64,000 nucleotides of DNA from Isurus oxyrinchus (lineage: Eukaryota): positions 87,482,001-87,546,000 of the forward strand of contig JANJGN010000016.1 in the NCBI GenBank assembly GCA_026770705.1, written 5' to 3'. Position 1 is the stretch's first letter. Every line of letters starts with the position of its first letter. The notes below the pieces were generated by a model. That model searched no databases. It saw nothing but the letters and a program-made list of their open reading frames with translations, and was not told the DNA's origin. Of this stretch, positions 1 to 12,800 are shown piece after piece. A program made the translations under genes and the position numbers.

Positions 1-3000
1 TGTGGGTGAGGGGGTAGGCTGATAGGCAAGTGGGTGAGGGGTTAGAATGGCAGGCATGTGGGTGAGGGGGTAGGCTGGTAGGCAAGTGGGTGAGGGGTTA
101 GAATGGCAGGCATGTGGGTGAGGTTATAGGGTTGCAGGAAAGTGGGTGAGGGGGGTAGGGTGGCAGGCAAGAGGATGAGGATGGTAGAATATCAGGTAAG
201 GGGGCAAGGGTATAGAGTGTCATGTAAGTGGGCAATGGGGTAGAGTGTCAGGAAAGTGGGTGAGGTTGTAGGGTCACTGGCAAGGGGCTGAGGGGGTCAT
301 GTGTCAGTTAAGTGTGTGAGAGGGTAGAGTGTCAGGTAAGTGGGTGTTGGGTTAGGTTGGCTGGCAAGTGGACGGGGGTGTAGGGTTGCAGAAAAGTGGG
401 TATTGGGTTAGAGTGTCAGTCAAATGGGTGAGGGGGCAGAGTGTCAGGTAAGTGGGCGTAGGGGTAGAGTGTCAGATAAGTGGGCGAAGGGATAGAGTGT
501 CAGGCAATTGAGTGAGGGGTTAGAGTGTCAGGTAGATGGGTGAGGGTCTAGGACGGCAGGCAAGTGGGTGAAGGAGTAGGGTGTCAGGAAAGTGGGTGAG
601 GGGGTAGAGTATCAGGTAAGCAGGTAAGGGGGGTAGAGTGTCAAATAAGTGGGTGAGGGGTTAGGGTAACAGGCAGGTGGGTTGGGGGTATTGTGGCAGG
701 CAAGTGGGTGAGGGTAGAGTGTCAGTTAAGTGGGTGAGGGGATAGTGGGTCACGTAAGTCGGTGAGATGGTAGAGTGTCAGGTAAGTGGGTGAGGGGTAG
801 AGTGTCAGGTAAATGCGTCAGGGTTAGGGTGGCAGGCAAGTTGGTGAGGAGGTGGGGTGGCAGGCAAGTGGGTGAGGGGGTAGATTTTCAGGAACGAAGG
901 TGAGAATGTACTGTGTCAGATAAGTGGGTGAGGTGGTAGGGTGTCAGTCAAGTGGGCAAGGGGTTAGAGTGGCGGTTAACTGGGTGAGTGGGTAGAGTGC
1001 CATGTAAGTGGGTGAGGGGGTTAGGTTGCAGGTAATTGGGTGAGGGGGTATGGGAGCAGGTAATTTAGCCAGGGGGTAGTGTGGCAGGCAAGTGGCTGAA
1101 TATGTAGAGTATCAGGCAAGTGGGTGAGGTGGTAGAGTGTCAGGTAAATGTTTCAGGGGGTAGAGTGTCAGGTAAGTTGGCCAGGGGTTAGGGTGGCATG
1201 TAAGCTGATGATTGGGTAGAGTGTCAGGCAAGTGGGTGAGGGGGCAGAGTGGCAGTTATGTTGTTGAGGGTGTGGACATCAAATAAATTTGTGAGAAGCA
1301 GCATGTAAAGCAAGTGGACGAGGGTTAGATTGTCAGGGAAGTGGTTAAGGTGGTAGAGTGTCAGCTAAGAGAATGAGGGTGTAGAGTATCAGGTACATGG
1401 GTGAGGGGGTAGAGTGTCAGGCAATTGGGCGAGGGGGTAAATTGTCAGATAAGTGGGTGAGGGGGTAGAGTGTCAGGTAGGTGGGTGATGGGTAGGGTGG
1501 CAGGCCGTTGGGGTAGGGGGTAGAATGTCAGGCAAGTGGATGAGGCAGTAGGGGGACAGGAAAGTGGGTGAGGGGGTTGGGTGGCAGGCAAATGGATTGG
1601 GGGCATAGGGTGGCAGGCAAGTGGGAGAAGCGGTAGAGTGTCAGGAAATTGTGTTAGGTTGTATGGTGGCTGGCAAGTGGTTGAGGGGGTAGGGTGGCAC
1701 CCAAGTGGGTGAGGCTGTCGTGTATCAGGTAAATGTGTGATAGGACATGTTGGCAAGTCTGTTGGCGATGGGGTCGGGTGGCACGCAAGTAGGTGAATGG
1801 ATAGAGTGTTAGGCAAGTGGGCGAGGGGTTAGAGTAGCAGGTAAGTTGGTGAGGGGCTAGATGTCAAGCAAGTGTAAGAAGTAGGGTATCAGGCACGTGG
1901 GCGAGGGGGTAGATATTCAGGTAAGTGGGTGAGGGGGTAGAGTGTCAGGTAAGTGGGTGAGGGGGTAGATTGTCAGGTAAGTGGGTGAGGGGGTAGAGTG
2001 TCTCTATAAGTAGGCAAGGGGTTAGGGCAGCATGAATGTGGGTGAGAAGCTAGAGTATTAAGTCAGTGGCTGTGGGGGTAGGGTGTCAGGTAAGTGGGTG
2101 AGGGGGTTGAGTGCCAGGTAAGTGGGTGAGGGGGTAGAGTGTCAGGTAAGTGGGTGAGGGGGTAGAGTGATAGGTTGGTGGGTGAGGGTGTAGATTGTCA
2201 GGTAAGTGGGTGAGGGGGTAGACTGTCAGGTTGGTGGGTGAGGGGTAGGGTGGCAGGCCATTTTGTTGGGGGGTAGAATGTCAGGCAAGTGGATGAGACA
2301 GTAGGGTAGCAGGGAAGTGTGTGAGGAGGTGGTGTGTCAGGCAAGTGGATGGGGGGCGTAGGGTGGCAGGCAAGTGGGAGAAGGGGTAGAGTGTCAGGAA
2401 ATTGGGTTAGGTCGTAGAGTGGCTGGCATGTGGTTGAGGGGGTAGGGTGGCAGCCAAGTGGGTGAGGGGGTCATGTGTCAGGTAAGTGTGTGAGAGGGTA
2501 TGTTGGCAGGTAAGTTGGCGATGGGATCGGGTGGCGGGCAAATGGATGAATGGATAGAGTGTCAGGCAAGTAGGCAGGGGGTTGGGAGTCAGGTAAGTGG
2601 GTGAATGGGTAGAGTATGAGGCAAATAGGAGAGGCGCTATTGTAGCAGATAAGTTGGTGAGGGGGTAGATGTCAAGTAAGTGTGTGAGGAAGTAGGGTAT
2701 CAGGCACTTGGGTGAGGGGTTAGAGTGTCTCGACAAGTAGGTGAGTGTTTAGGGTGGCATGAATGTGGGTGAGGGTGTAGAGTGTCAAGTAAGTGGGTGA
2801 GGGGGTAGAGTGTCAGGCAAGTGGTTGAGGGGGTAGAGTGTCATTTAAGTGAGTGAGGGAGAGGTGTTACATTGTCAGGTAATTGGGTGAGGTGTTAGGG
2901 TGGCAGGCGAATGCACGAGAGGGTAGAGTGCCAGGTAATTGGGTGAGGGGAAAGTGTGGCAGGCAAGTGGGTGAGGAGATGTAATGGCAGGTAAGTAGCT

Positions 3001-6000
3001 GAGGGGATAGGTTGTCAGGCAAGTGGGCGAGAGTGTAGGGTTGCAGGAAAGTGGGTGAGGGGGGTAGGGTGGCAGGCAAGTGGGTGAGTGGGTAGAGTGT
3101 GAGGAAAGTGGGTGAGGGGTTTGGGTTGCAGGTAATTGGGTGAGGGGGTATGGGAGCAGGTAATTTGGCCAGGGGGTAGTGTGGCAGGCAAGTGGGTGAA
3201 TAGGTAGATTATCAGGCAAGTGGGTGAGGGGGTAGAGTGTCAGGAAAATGGTCCAGGGGTAAGAGTGTCAGGTAAGTTGGCCAGGGGTTAGGGTGGCATG
3301 TAAGTTGATGATTGGGTAGAGTGTCAGGCAAGTGGGTGAGGGGTCAGAGAGGCAGTTATGTTGGTGAGGGTGTAGACGTCAAGTAATTTTGTGAGAAGCA
3401 GCATGTAAAGCAAGTGGACAAGGGGTTAGATTGTCAGGTAAGTGGTTAAGGTGGTAGAGTGTCAGCTAAGAGAATGAGGGTGTAGAGTATCAGGTACATG
3501 GGTGAGGGGGTAGAGTGTCAGGCAAGTGGCGAGGGGGTAAATTGTCAGATAAATGGGTGAGGGGGTAGATTGTCAGGCAAGTGGATGAGGCAGTAGGGGG
3601 CAGGAAAGTGGGTGAGGGGGTTGGGTGGCAGGCAAGTGGATGGGGGGCATAGGGTGGCAGGCAAGTGGGAGAGGGGTAGAGTGTCAGGAAATTGTGTTAG
3701 GTTGTACGGTGGCTGGCAAGTGATTGAGGGGGTAGGGTGGCATTCAAATGGGTGAGGGGGTTGAGTGTCAGGTAAGTGGGTGAGAGGTTAAGAGTCAGGC
3801 AATTGGGTGAGTGGGTAGAGTGCCAGGTGGGTGGTTGAGGGGGTAGAGTGTCAGGTAGCTGGATGAGGGGGTAGGGCGACAGGAAAATTGGTGAGGGGGT
3901 AGAATGTCAGGCAAGTATGTGAGGAGATAGAGTATCAGGTAAGTGGGTGAGGCGAAAGGGTGGCAGGCAAGTGGGCAAGGGGTAGGGTGCCAGGTACTTG
4001 GGTGAGGGGCATAGTGTCAGGTAAGTGGGTGAGAGGGTTCAGTGTAAGGCAAGTGAGATAGGGGATAGAGTGTCAGGTAAGTGCGTGAGAGGGTTCAGTG
4101 TAAGGCAAGTGGAATAGGGGATAGAGTGTCAGGTAAGTGGGTGAGGGGGTAGGGTGGCAGGCAAGTGGGTCAGGGGGAATTATGGCAGGCAAGTGTGGGA
4201 GGGGCTAGTGTCAGGTAGGTGGATGAGAGGGCAGGGTGACAGGCAAGTTGGTGAGTGGGTAGTGTGTCAGGTAATTGGGTGAGTGTGGAGAGTGTCAGGT
4301 AAATGGGTCAGGATTAGGTTGGCTAGCAGGTTGTTTAGGGGGTGGGGTGGCAGACAAGTGGGTGAGGGGGTAGATTAGAGTATCAGATAGGAGGGTGAGG
4401 CCGTAGCAAGACAGGCAAGTGGGTGAGGGTGTAGCATGACAGGCAAGTGGGTGAGGGGGTAGTGTGACAGGTAAGTGGGTGAGGTGATAGGGTGGCAGTC
4501 AAGTGGGTGAGGGGTTAAAATGTCTGGCAAATGGTTGAGGGGTTAGTGTAGCAGGCAAGTGAGTGAGAGGGTAGGGTGGCAGGCAAGCAGATGAGGGGGT
4601 AGAGTGTCAGGAAATTATGTGAGGGTATAGAGTGGGTGGCAAGTGGTTGAGAGGGTAGGGAGTCAGGCAATTGGTTTACTGGGTAGTGTGTCAGGTAATG
4701 GGTGAGGGGCAGAGTAACAGGTAAGTCTGTGAGGGGATAGATTGTCAGGTAAGTGGATGAGGGGTTAGGGTGGCACGCAAGTGGGTGAGGGGTTAAGAGT
4801 CATGCAACTGGGCGAGTGGGTAGAGTGCCAGGTGGGTGGTTGAGTGGGTAGAGTGTCAGGTAGGTGGATGCGGGGGTAGGGCGACAGGAAAATGGGTGAG
4901 AGGCTAGAGTTTCAGGTAAGTGGGTGTGGGGGTAGGGTTTCATGTAGTTGGGTGAGGGGCATGGTGACAGGTAAGTGGGTGAGAGGGTTCAGTGTAAGGC
5001 AAATGGGATAGAGAATAGAGTGTCAGGTAAGTGGGTGAGGGGTTAGGGTGGCAGGCAAGTGGGTGAGGGGCTTGAGTTTCAGGTAAGTGGGTGAGGAGTT
5101 AGGGTGGCAGGCAAGTGGGTCGGGGGTGGCTGGCAAGTGGGAGAGGGGGTAGTGTGTCAGGTAAGTGGGTGAGTTGGTATAGTGTCAGGTAAGTGCATGA
5201 GGGGTTAGTGGGTTAGGTAAGTGGATGAGAGGGGGGGGTGACAGACAACTTGGTGAGGGGATAGAATGTCAGGTAATTGGGTGAGGGGGTAGAGTGTCAG
5301 ATAAATGGGTCAGGGTTAGGTTGGCAGGCAGGTTGGTAAGGGGTTAGGGTGGCACATAAGTGGGTGAGGGGTAGAGTGTCAGATAGGTAGGTGAAGGTGT
5401 AGCATGACAGACAAGTGGGTGAGGGGGTAGGGTGGCAGGAAAATGGGTGAGGGGTAGAGTTTCAGGCAAGTGGGTGAGTGCATAGCATGAGAGGCAAGTG
5501 GGTAAGGTGGTAGAGAGGCAGGCAAGTTGTTGAGGAGTAGGGTGACAGGCAATATGGTGATGGGGTAGTGTGGCAGGCATGTGGGCAAGAGGATAGAGTG
5601 GTGATTAAGTGGATGAGGGGGTAGAGTGCCATGTAAGTGGATGGGGGTTTGAGTGGCAAGTAATTGGGTGAGGGGGACGAGTATCAAGTAAATGGGTCAG
5701 GTTTAGGTTGGCAGGCAGGTTGGTGAGGGGCTGGGATGGCAGGCAAGTGAGTGAGGGGGTAGAGTAGAGTATCAGATATGTGGATGAGGCCGTAACATGA
5801 CAGGCAAGTGAGTGAGGGGGTAGCGCGACAGGGAATGGGTGAGGGGGTAGGGCAGCAGGCAAGTGGGAGAGGGTGTAGGGTGGCAGTCATGTGGGTGAGG
5901 TGGTTGAGTGCCAGGTAAGTGGTTGAGGGGTTAAGAGTCAGGCAATTGGGCAAGTGGGTAGAATGCCAGGTGGGTGGTTGAGGGGGTAGTGTTAGGTAGG

Positions 6001-6947
6001 TGGGTGATGGCGTAGCATGACAGGCAAGTGGGTGAGGGGGTGGGGCGACAGGAAATTGGGTGAGTGGCTAGAGTGTCAGGCAATTATGTGAGGGGATAGA
6101 GTGTCAAGTAACTGAGTGAGGGGATAGAGTGTCAGGCAATTGCGTGAGGGGGTAGGGTGTCAGGCACTTGGGTGAGGGCGTAGCATGGCAGGCAAGTGGG
6201 TGAGGGGATAGGGTGTCAGGCAATTGTGTGAGGGGGTAGGGTTTCAGGCACTTGGGTGAGGGCATAGCATGGCAGGCAAGTGGGTGAGGGGATAGGGTGT
6301 CAGGCAATTGTGTGAGGGGGTAGCATAGCAGGCAAGTGGGTGAGGAGATAGGGTGGCAGGCAAGTGGGTGAGGGATAAGGCGTCAGGCAAATGAGTGAGG
6401 GGGTAGGGTGTCAGAAAGGTAGGTGAGGGGCTTGCAGGTCAGGTAAGTGGGTGAGGAGATTGGGTGGCAGGCAAGTGGGTGAGTGGGTAGAGTGGCAGTT
6501 AAGTGGGTGAGAGGTCAGAGTGGCAGTTAGGTGGGTGAGGGAGTAATGTGACAGGCAAGTGGGCGAGGGTATAGAATGGCGGGTAAGTTGGCCAGGGGGT
6601 AGGGTGCCAGGTAAGTGTGTGAGAGGGTAGGGTGGTTGGTAAGATGGCCAGGGGGTAGGGTGGCAGGCAAGTGGGTGAGTGGGTAGAGTGGCAGGTAAGT
6701 GGGTGAGGGGGTAGGGTGGTTGGTAAGTTGTCCAGGTGGTAGGCTGGCAGGCAAGTCGCTGAGTGGGTAGAGTGGCAGGTAAGTGGATGAGGGGTCAGAG
6801 TGGCATCAAGTGGGTGAGGGGATAGATTGTCAGATAGGTGGGTTAGTGGGTAGAGTGACAAGCATTTAGGTGAGGGGGTAGGGTGTCAGGTAAATGAGGG
6901 AGGCAGTAGGGTGGCAGGCACATGGGTGAGGGGTTAGATTGTCAGGG

Positions 6948-9385
6948 AAGTGGGTGAGGGGGTAGGGTGGCAAGTAATTGGGCAAGAGGGTAGAGTGTCA
7001 GGTTTGTCTGCGAGGGAGTAGAGTGTCAGGTAAGTGGTAAAGAGAGTAGAATATCTGGTAAGTGGGTGAGGGAATGGGGCATCAATTGGGTGAGGGGGTA
7101 GAGTGTCAGGTTTGTCTGCGAGGGAGTAGAGTGTCAGGTAAGTGGTAGAGAGAGTAGAGTATCTGGTATGTGGGTGAGGGATTCAGAGTGCCAGTCAAGT
7201 GGGTGAGGGGAGAGTATGTCAGGTTAGTGGGCGAGGGTGTAGAGTGTGTGGTAAATGGGTGAGGGTGTAGTGTGTAAAGGAAGTAGATGAGGGGGTAGAG
7301 TGTCAGGTAGGTGGATGAGGGCGTGGGGCAGCAGGCAAGGGGGTGAGCGGGTAGGGTGTCAGGCAATTGGTTGAGGGGGTATTGTGGTAGGCAAGTGGGT
7401 GAGGGGGTAAAGTGTCAGGCAAGTGGACAAGGTGATAGAATGGTGGGTAAGTGGGTGAGGGGGTAGAGTGCCAGGTAAGTGGTGAGGGGTTAGGGTGGCA
7501 GCTAAGTTGGCCAGAGGGTAGGATGGCAGGCATGTGAGTCAGGGGGAATTATGGCAGGCAAATGGGGGAGGAGTATTGTTTCAGGTAGGTGGGTGAGAGG
7601 GGAGGGTGACAGGCAAGTTGGTGAGTGGGTAGTGTGTCAGGTAATGGGGTGAGTGGGTGGAGTGTCAGGTAAATGGGTCAGGGTTAGGTTGTCAGGCAGG
7701 TTGGTGAGGGGTGGGGTGGCAGGCAAGTGGGTGAGAGTGTAGAGTAGAGTGTCAGATAGGTGGGTGAGGCCGTAGCATGACAGGCAAGGGGGTGAGGGGG
7801 TAGGGTAACAGGAAAATGAGTGAGTGGTTAGAGTTTCAGGAAACTGGGTGATGGTGTAGCGTGACAGGCAAGTGTGTGAGTGTGTAGAGTAGAGTGTCAG
7901 ATAGGTGGGTGAGGCCGTAGCATGACAGGTAAGTGGTTGAGGGGGTAGGGTGGCATTCTAGTGGATGAGGGGGTTGAGTGTCAGGGAAGTGGTTGAGGGG
8001 GTATTGTTAAGATTCGGACAATTGGGCGAATGGGTAGAGTGCCAGGTGTGTGGTTGAGAGGGTTGAGTGTCAGGTAAGTGGGTGAGGGAGTTGGGTGGCA
8101 GGCATGTGGGGGAAGGGGTAGTGTGTCATTTAATTGGGTGAGGGGTTAGGTTGGCAGGCAAGTGGGTGAGGGGGTAGGGTGGCAAGTAATTGGGCAAGAG
8201 GGTAGAGTGTCAGGTTTGTCTGCGAGGGAGTAGAGTGTCAGGTAAGTGGTAAAGAGAGTAGAATATCTGGTAAGTGGGTGAGGGAATGGGGCATCAATTG
8301 GGTGAGGGGGTAGAGTGTCAGGTTTGTCTGCGAGGGAGTAGAGTGTCAGGTAAGTGGTAGAGAGAGTAGAGTATCTGGTATGTGGGTGAGGGATTCAGAG
8401 TGCCAGTCAAGTGGGTGAGGGGAGAGTATGTCAGGTTAGTGGGCGAGGGTGTAGAGTGTGTGGTAAATGGGTGAGGGTGTAGTGTGTAAAGGAAGTAGAT
8501 GAGGGGGTAGAGTGTCAGGTAGGTGGATGAGGGCGTGGGGCAGCAGGCAAGGGGGTGAGCGGGTAGGGTGTCAGGCAATTGGTTGAGGGGGTATAGTGGT
8601 AGGCAAGTGGGTGAGGTGGTAAAGTGTCAGGCAAGTGGACAAGGTGATAGAATGGTGGGTAAGTGGGTGAGGGGGTAGAGTGCCAGGTAAGTGGTGAGGG
8701 GTTAGGGTGGCAGCTAAGTTGGCCAGAGGGTAGGATGGCAGGCATGTGAGTCAGGGGGAATTATGGCAGGCAAATGGGGGAGGAGTATTGTTTCAGGTAG
8801 GTGGGTGAGAGGGGAGGGTGACAGGCAAGTTGGTGAGTGGGTCGTGTGTCAGGTAATGGGGTGAGTGGGTGGAGTGTCAGGTAAATGGGTCAGGGTTAGG
8901 TTGTCAGGCAGGTTGGTGAGGGGTGGGGTGGCAGGCAAGTGGGTGAGAGTGTAGAGTAGAGTGTCAGATAGGTGGGTGAGGCCGTAGCATGACAGGCAAG
9001 GGGGTGAGGGGGTAGGGTAACAGGAAAATGAGTGAGTGGTTAGAGTTTCAGGAAACTGGGTGATGGTGTAGCGTGACAGGCAAGTGTGTGAGTGTGTAGA
9101 GTAGAGTGTCAGATAGGTGGGTGAGGCCGTAGCATGACAGGTAAGTGGTTGAGGGGGTAGGGTGGCATTCTAGTGGATGAGGGGGTTGAGTGTCAGGGAA
9201 GTGGTTGAGGGGGTATTGTTAAGATTCAGACAATTGGGCGAGTGGGTAGAGTGCCAGGTGGGTGGTTGAGATGGTTGAGTGTCAGGTAAGTGGGTGAGGG
9301 AGTTGGGTGGCAGGCATGTGGGGGAAGGGGTAGTGTGTCATTTAATTGGGTGAGGGGTTAGGTTGGCAGGCAAGTGGGTGAGGGG
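6948..9385. repeat. Tandem higher-order duplication, 2 x ~1212 bp, inside the 28-bp satellite
   Basis: Near-identical ORF pairs 7106/8318 and 7303/8515 are offset by 1212 bp. A diverged partial third copy lies near 11640-12300. Confidence 0.9.
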
Positions 9386-9757
9386 CTAGAGTGTCAAGAA
9401 AGTGGGTGAAGGGGTAGAGTATCAGTTAAGTGGGTGAGGGGGTAGAGTATCAGTTAAGTGGGTGAGGGGGTAGAGTATCAGTTAAGTGGGTGAGGGGGTA
9501 GAGTATCAGGTAAGTGGGTGAGGGGGTAGTGTATCAGGTAAGTGGGTGAGGGGGTAGAGTATCAGTTAAGTGGGTGAGGGGGTAGAGTATCAGGTAATTG
9601 TGTGAGAGAGCAGGGTGGCAGGCAAATGCATGAGGGGATATGGTTTCAGGCACTTGGGTGAAGGGTTAGGGTGGCAGGCAAGTGGTTTAGGGGGGTAGGG
9701 TGGCAGGCAAGTGGGTGAGGGGGTAGAGTGTCACGAAAGTGGTTGAGTGTGTAGATT

Positions 9758-9814
9758 AAAACAAAAGAACTGCGGATGCTGGAAATCCAAAACAAAAACA
9801 GAATTACCTGGAAA
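9758..9814 (-). mobile_element. Truncated copy of the 131-bp Penelope-like insert
   Basis: Same left junction (gtgtgtAGATT-aaaacaaa) and first ~57 bp as the copies at 14853 and 18887. Confidence 0.75.
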
Positions 9815-12800
9815 GGTGGGTGAGTGGTGTAGGGTATCAGACAAGTGAGTGAGGTTGTAGCATGGCAGGCAAGTGGATGAGAGGGTAGGATGGCATGCAA
9901 GGGGGTGAGGGAATAGTGTGTCAGGTAAGTGGGTGAGGGGGTATAGTGTCAGGTAGGTGTGTGAGGGGGTAGAATATCAGTCAAGTGGGTGTTGGGCTAA
10001 AGTGTCAGGTAGGTAGGTGAAGGTGTTGGGCATCAGGCAAGTGAGTGAAGGGGTGTAGTGTCAGGTAAGTTGTTGAAGGAGTAGAGTGTCTGGCAAGTGG
10101 TAGAATGGGTAGAGTATCAGGTAAGTTGGTGATAGGTTAGGGTTTCATTGTAAGTGGGTGAGGTGGTAGAGTTTCAGGGAGGGGGGTGAGGGGGGTAGTG
10201 TGTCAGGGAGGGGGGTGAGGGGGTAGAGTGTCAGGGAGGGGGGTGAGGGGGTAGGGCAGCAGGGAAATGTGTGAGGGGGTGGAGTGTCAGGCAAGTGGGT
10301 GAGGAAGTAGGGTTGGAGGCATATGGCTAAGGAGGTAGTCTGGCTTGCATGGGGGTAAGGGGGTAGAGTGTCAGCCAAGTGTGCAAGGGGTTAGAGTGGC
10401 GGGTAAGTGGGTGAGGGGATTTTTGTGGCAGACAAGTGGGTGAGGGGATAAGGTGTTCAGAAAGAGGGTGAGGGGGTACGATGGCAGGCAAGTGGGTGAG
10501 GAGATAGGGTGTCAGGTAAGTGTGTGATGGGGTATGTTGGCAGGTAAGTTGGCGATGGGGTCAGGTGGCAGGCAAATGGGTGAAGGGGTCGTGTGTCAGG
10601 AATGTGTGTGAGGGGGTATGTTGGCAGGTAGGTTGGCGAGGAGGTAGGGTGGCAGGCAAGTGGGTGAAAGGATAGAGTGTCAGGCAATTGGGCGAGGGTC
10701 TAGGGTGGCAGGTAAGTGGGTGAGTGGGTAGAGTATGAGGCAATTGTGTGAGGCGTTAGTGTAGCAGGTAAGTTGGTGAGTGGGTAGATGTCAAGTATGT
10801 GTGTGAGGAAGTAGGGTATCAGGCACATGGGTGAGGGGATAGATTGTCAGGTAAGTGGGTGAGGGGATAGAGTGTCAGGCAAGTGGGTGAGGGGTAGAAT
10901 GTCAGGTAAGTGTGTGAGAGGGTAGGGTGGTTGGTAAGTTGGCCTGGGGGTAGGGTGGCAGGCAAGTGGGTGAGAGGGTTGAGTGGCAGGTAAGTGGATG
11001 AGGGGTCAGAGTGGCAATTAGGTGGGTGAGGGAGTAATGTGACAGGCAAGTGGGCGAGGGGATAGAATGGCGGGTAAGTGGGCGAGGGGCTAGGGTGGCC
11101 GGTAAGTGGGTGAGGGGGTAGGGTGGTTGGTAAGTTGTCCAGGGGGTAGACTGGCAGGCAAGTGGGTGAGTGGGTAGAGTGGCGGGTAAGTGGATGAGGG
11201 GTCAGAGTGGCAGTCAAGTGGGTGAGGGGGTAGATTGTCAGATAGGTGGATTAGTGGGTAGAGTGACAAGCATTTAGGTGAGGGGGTAGAGTTTCAGGTA
11301 AATGAGGGAGGCAGTAGGGTGGCAGGCACATGGGTGAGGGGTTAGATTGTCAGGTAAGTGGGTGAGGGGTAGAATGTCAGGTAAGTGGGTGAGGGGGTAG
11401 GATGGTTGGTAAGTTGGCCAGGGGGTAGACTCCAGGCAAGTGAGTGAGTGGGTAGAGTGGCAGGTAAGTGGATGAGGGTTCAGAGTGGCAGTCAAGTGGG
11501 TGAGGGGGTAGATTGTCAGATAGGTGGGTTAGTGGGTAGAGTGTCATGCATTTAGGTGAGGGGGTAGAATGTCAGGTAAATGAGGGAGGCAGTAGGGTGG
11601 CAGGCACATGGGTGAGGGGTTAGATTGTCAGGGAAGTGGGTGAGGGGGTAGGGTGGCAGGTGAGTGGGCGAGAGGGTAGAGTGTCAGGTAAGTGGTAAAG
11701 AGAGTAGAGTATCTGGTAATTGGGTGAGGGAATGGGGCATCAAGTGGGTGAGGGGGTAGAGTGTCAGGTTTGTCTGCGAGGGAGTAGAGTGTCAGGTAAG
11801 TGGTAGAGAGAGTAGAGTATCTGGTAAGTGGGTGAGGGAATGGGGCATCAAGTGGGTGAGGGGGTAGAGTGTCAGGTTTGTCTGCGAGGGAGTAGAGTGT
11901 CAGGTAAGTGGTAGAGAGAGTAGAGTATCTGGCATGTGGGTGAGGGGTTCAGAGTGCCAGTCAAGTGGGTGAGGGGAGAGTGTGTCAGGTTAGTGGGCGA
12001 GGGTGTAGAGTGTGTGGTAAATGGGTGAGGGTGTAGTGTGTAAAGGAAGTAGATGAGGGGGTAGAGTGTCAGGTAGGTGGATGAGGGCGTGGGGCAGCAG
12101 GCAAGGGGGTGAGCGAGTAGGGTGTCAGGCAATTGGTTGAGGGGGTATTGTGGTAGGCAAGTGGGTGAGGGGGTAAAATGTCAGGCAAGTGGACAAAGTG
12201 ATAGAGTGGTGGGTAACTGGGTGAGGGGGTAGAGTGCCAGGTAAGTGGTGAGGGGTTAGGGTAGCAGGTAAGTTGGCCAGAGGGTAGGATGGCAGGCATG
12301 TGGGTTCATGGGTAGAGTGGCAGGTAATTGGGTGAGGGGTTAGAGTATCAGTTTAGTGGGTGAGGGGTTAGAGTGTCAGTTTAGTGGGTGAGGGGGTAGT
12401 GAGTCAGCTAAATGAGTGAGGGAATAGATTGGCAGTTAAGTGGGTGAGGGGGTGGAGTGTCACGAAAGTGGGTGAGGGTGTAGGGTGGCTGGCAAGTGTT
12501 TGAGGGGTAGGGTGGAAGGTAAGTGGGTGAGGGGTTATTGTATCAGGTAAGTGCTTGAGGGGGTACAGTATCAGGCAAGTGGGATAGAGGTTAGAGTGTC
12601 AGGGAAACGGATGAACGATTAGGGTGGCAGGTTAGTGGGTGATGGGGTAAGGTGGCAGGCAAGAGGGTGAAGGGTTAAGGTGGCAGGCAAGAGGGTGAGG
12701 TGGTATTGTGGCAGTTAAGTGGGTAAGTGGGTAGGTTGTCAGGCAAGTGGGTGAGGGTGTAGTGGGTCACTACCTGGGTGAGGGAGGAGGGTTTCAGGCA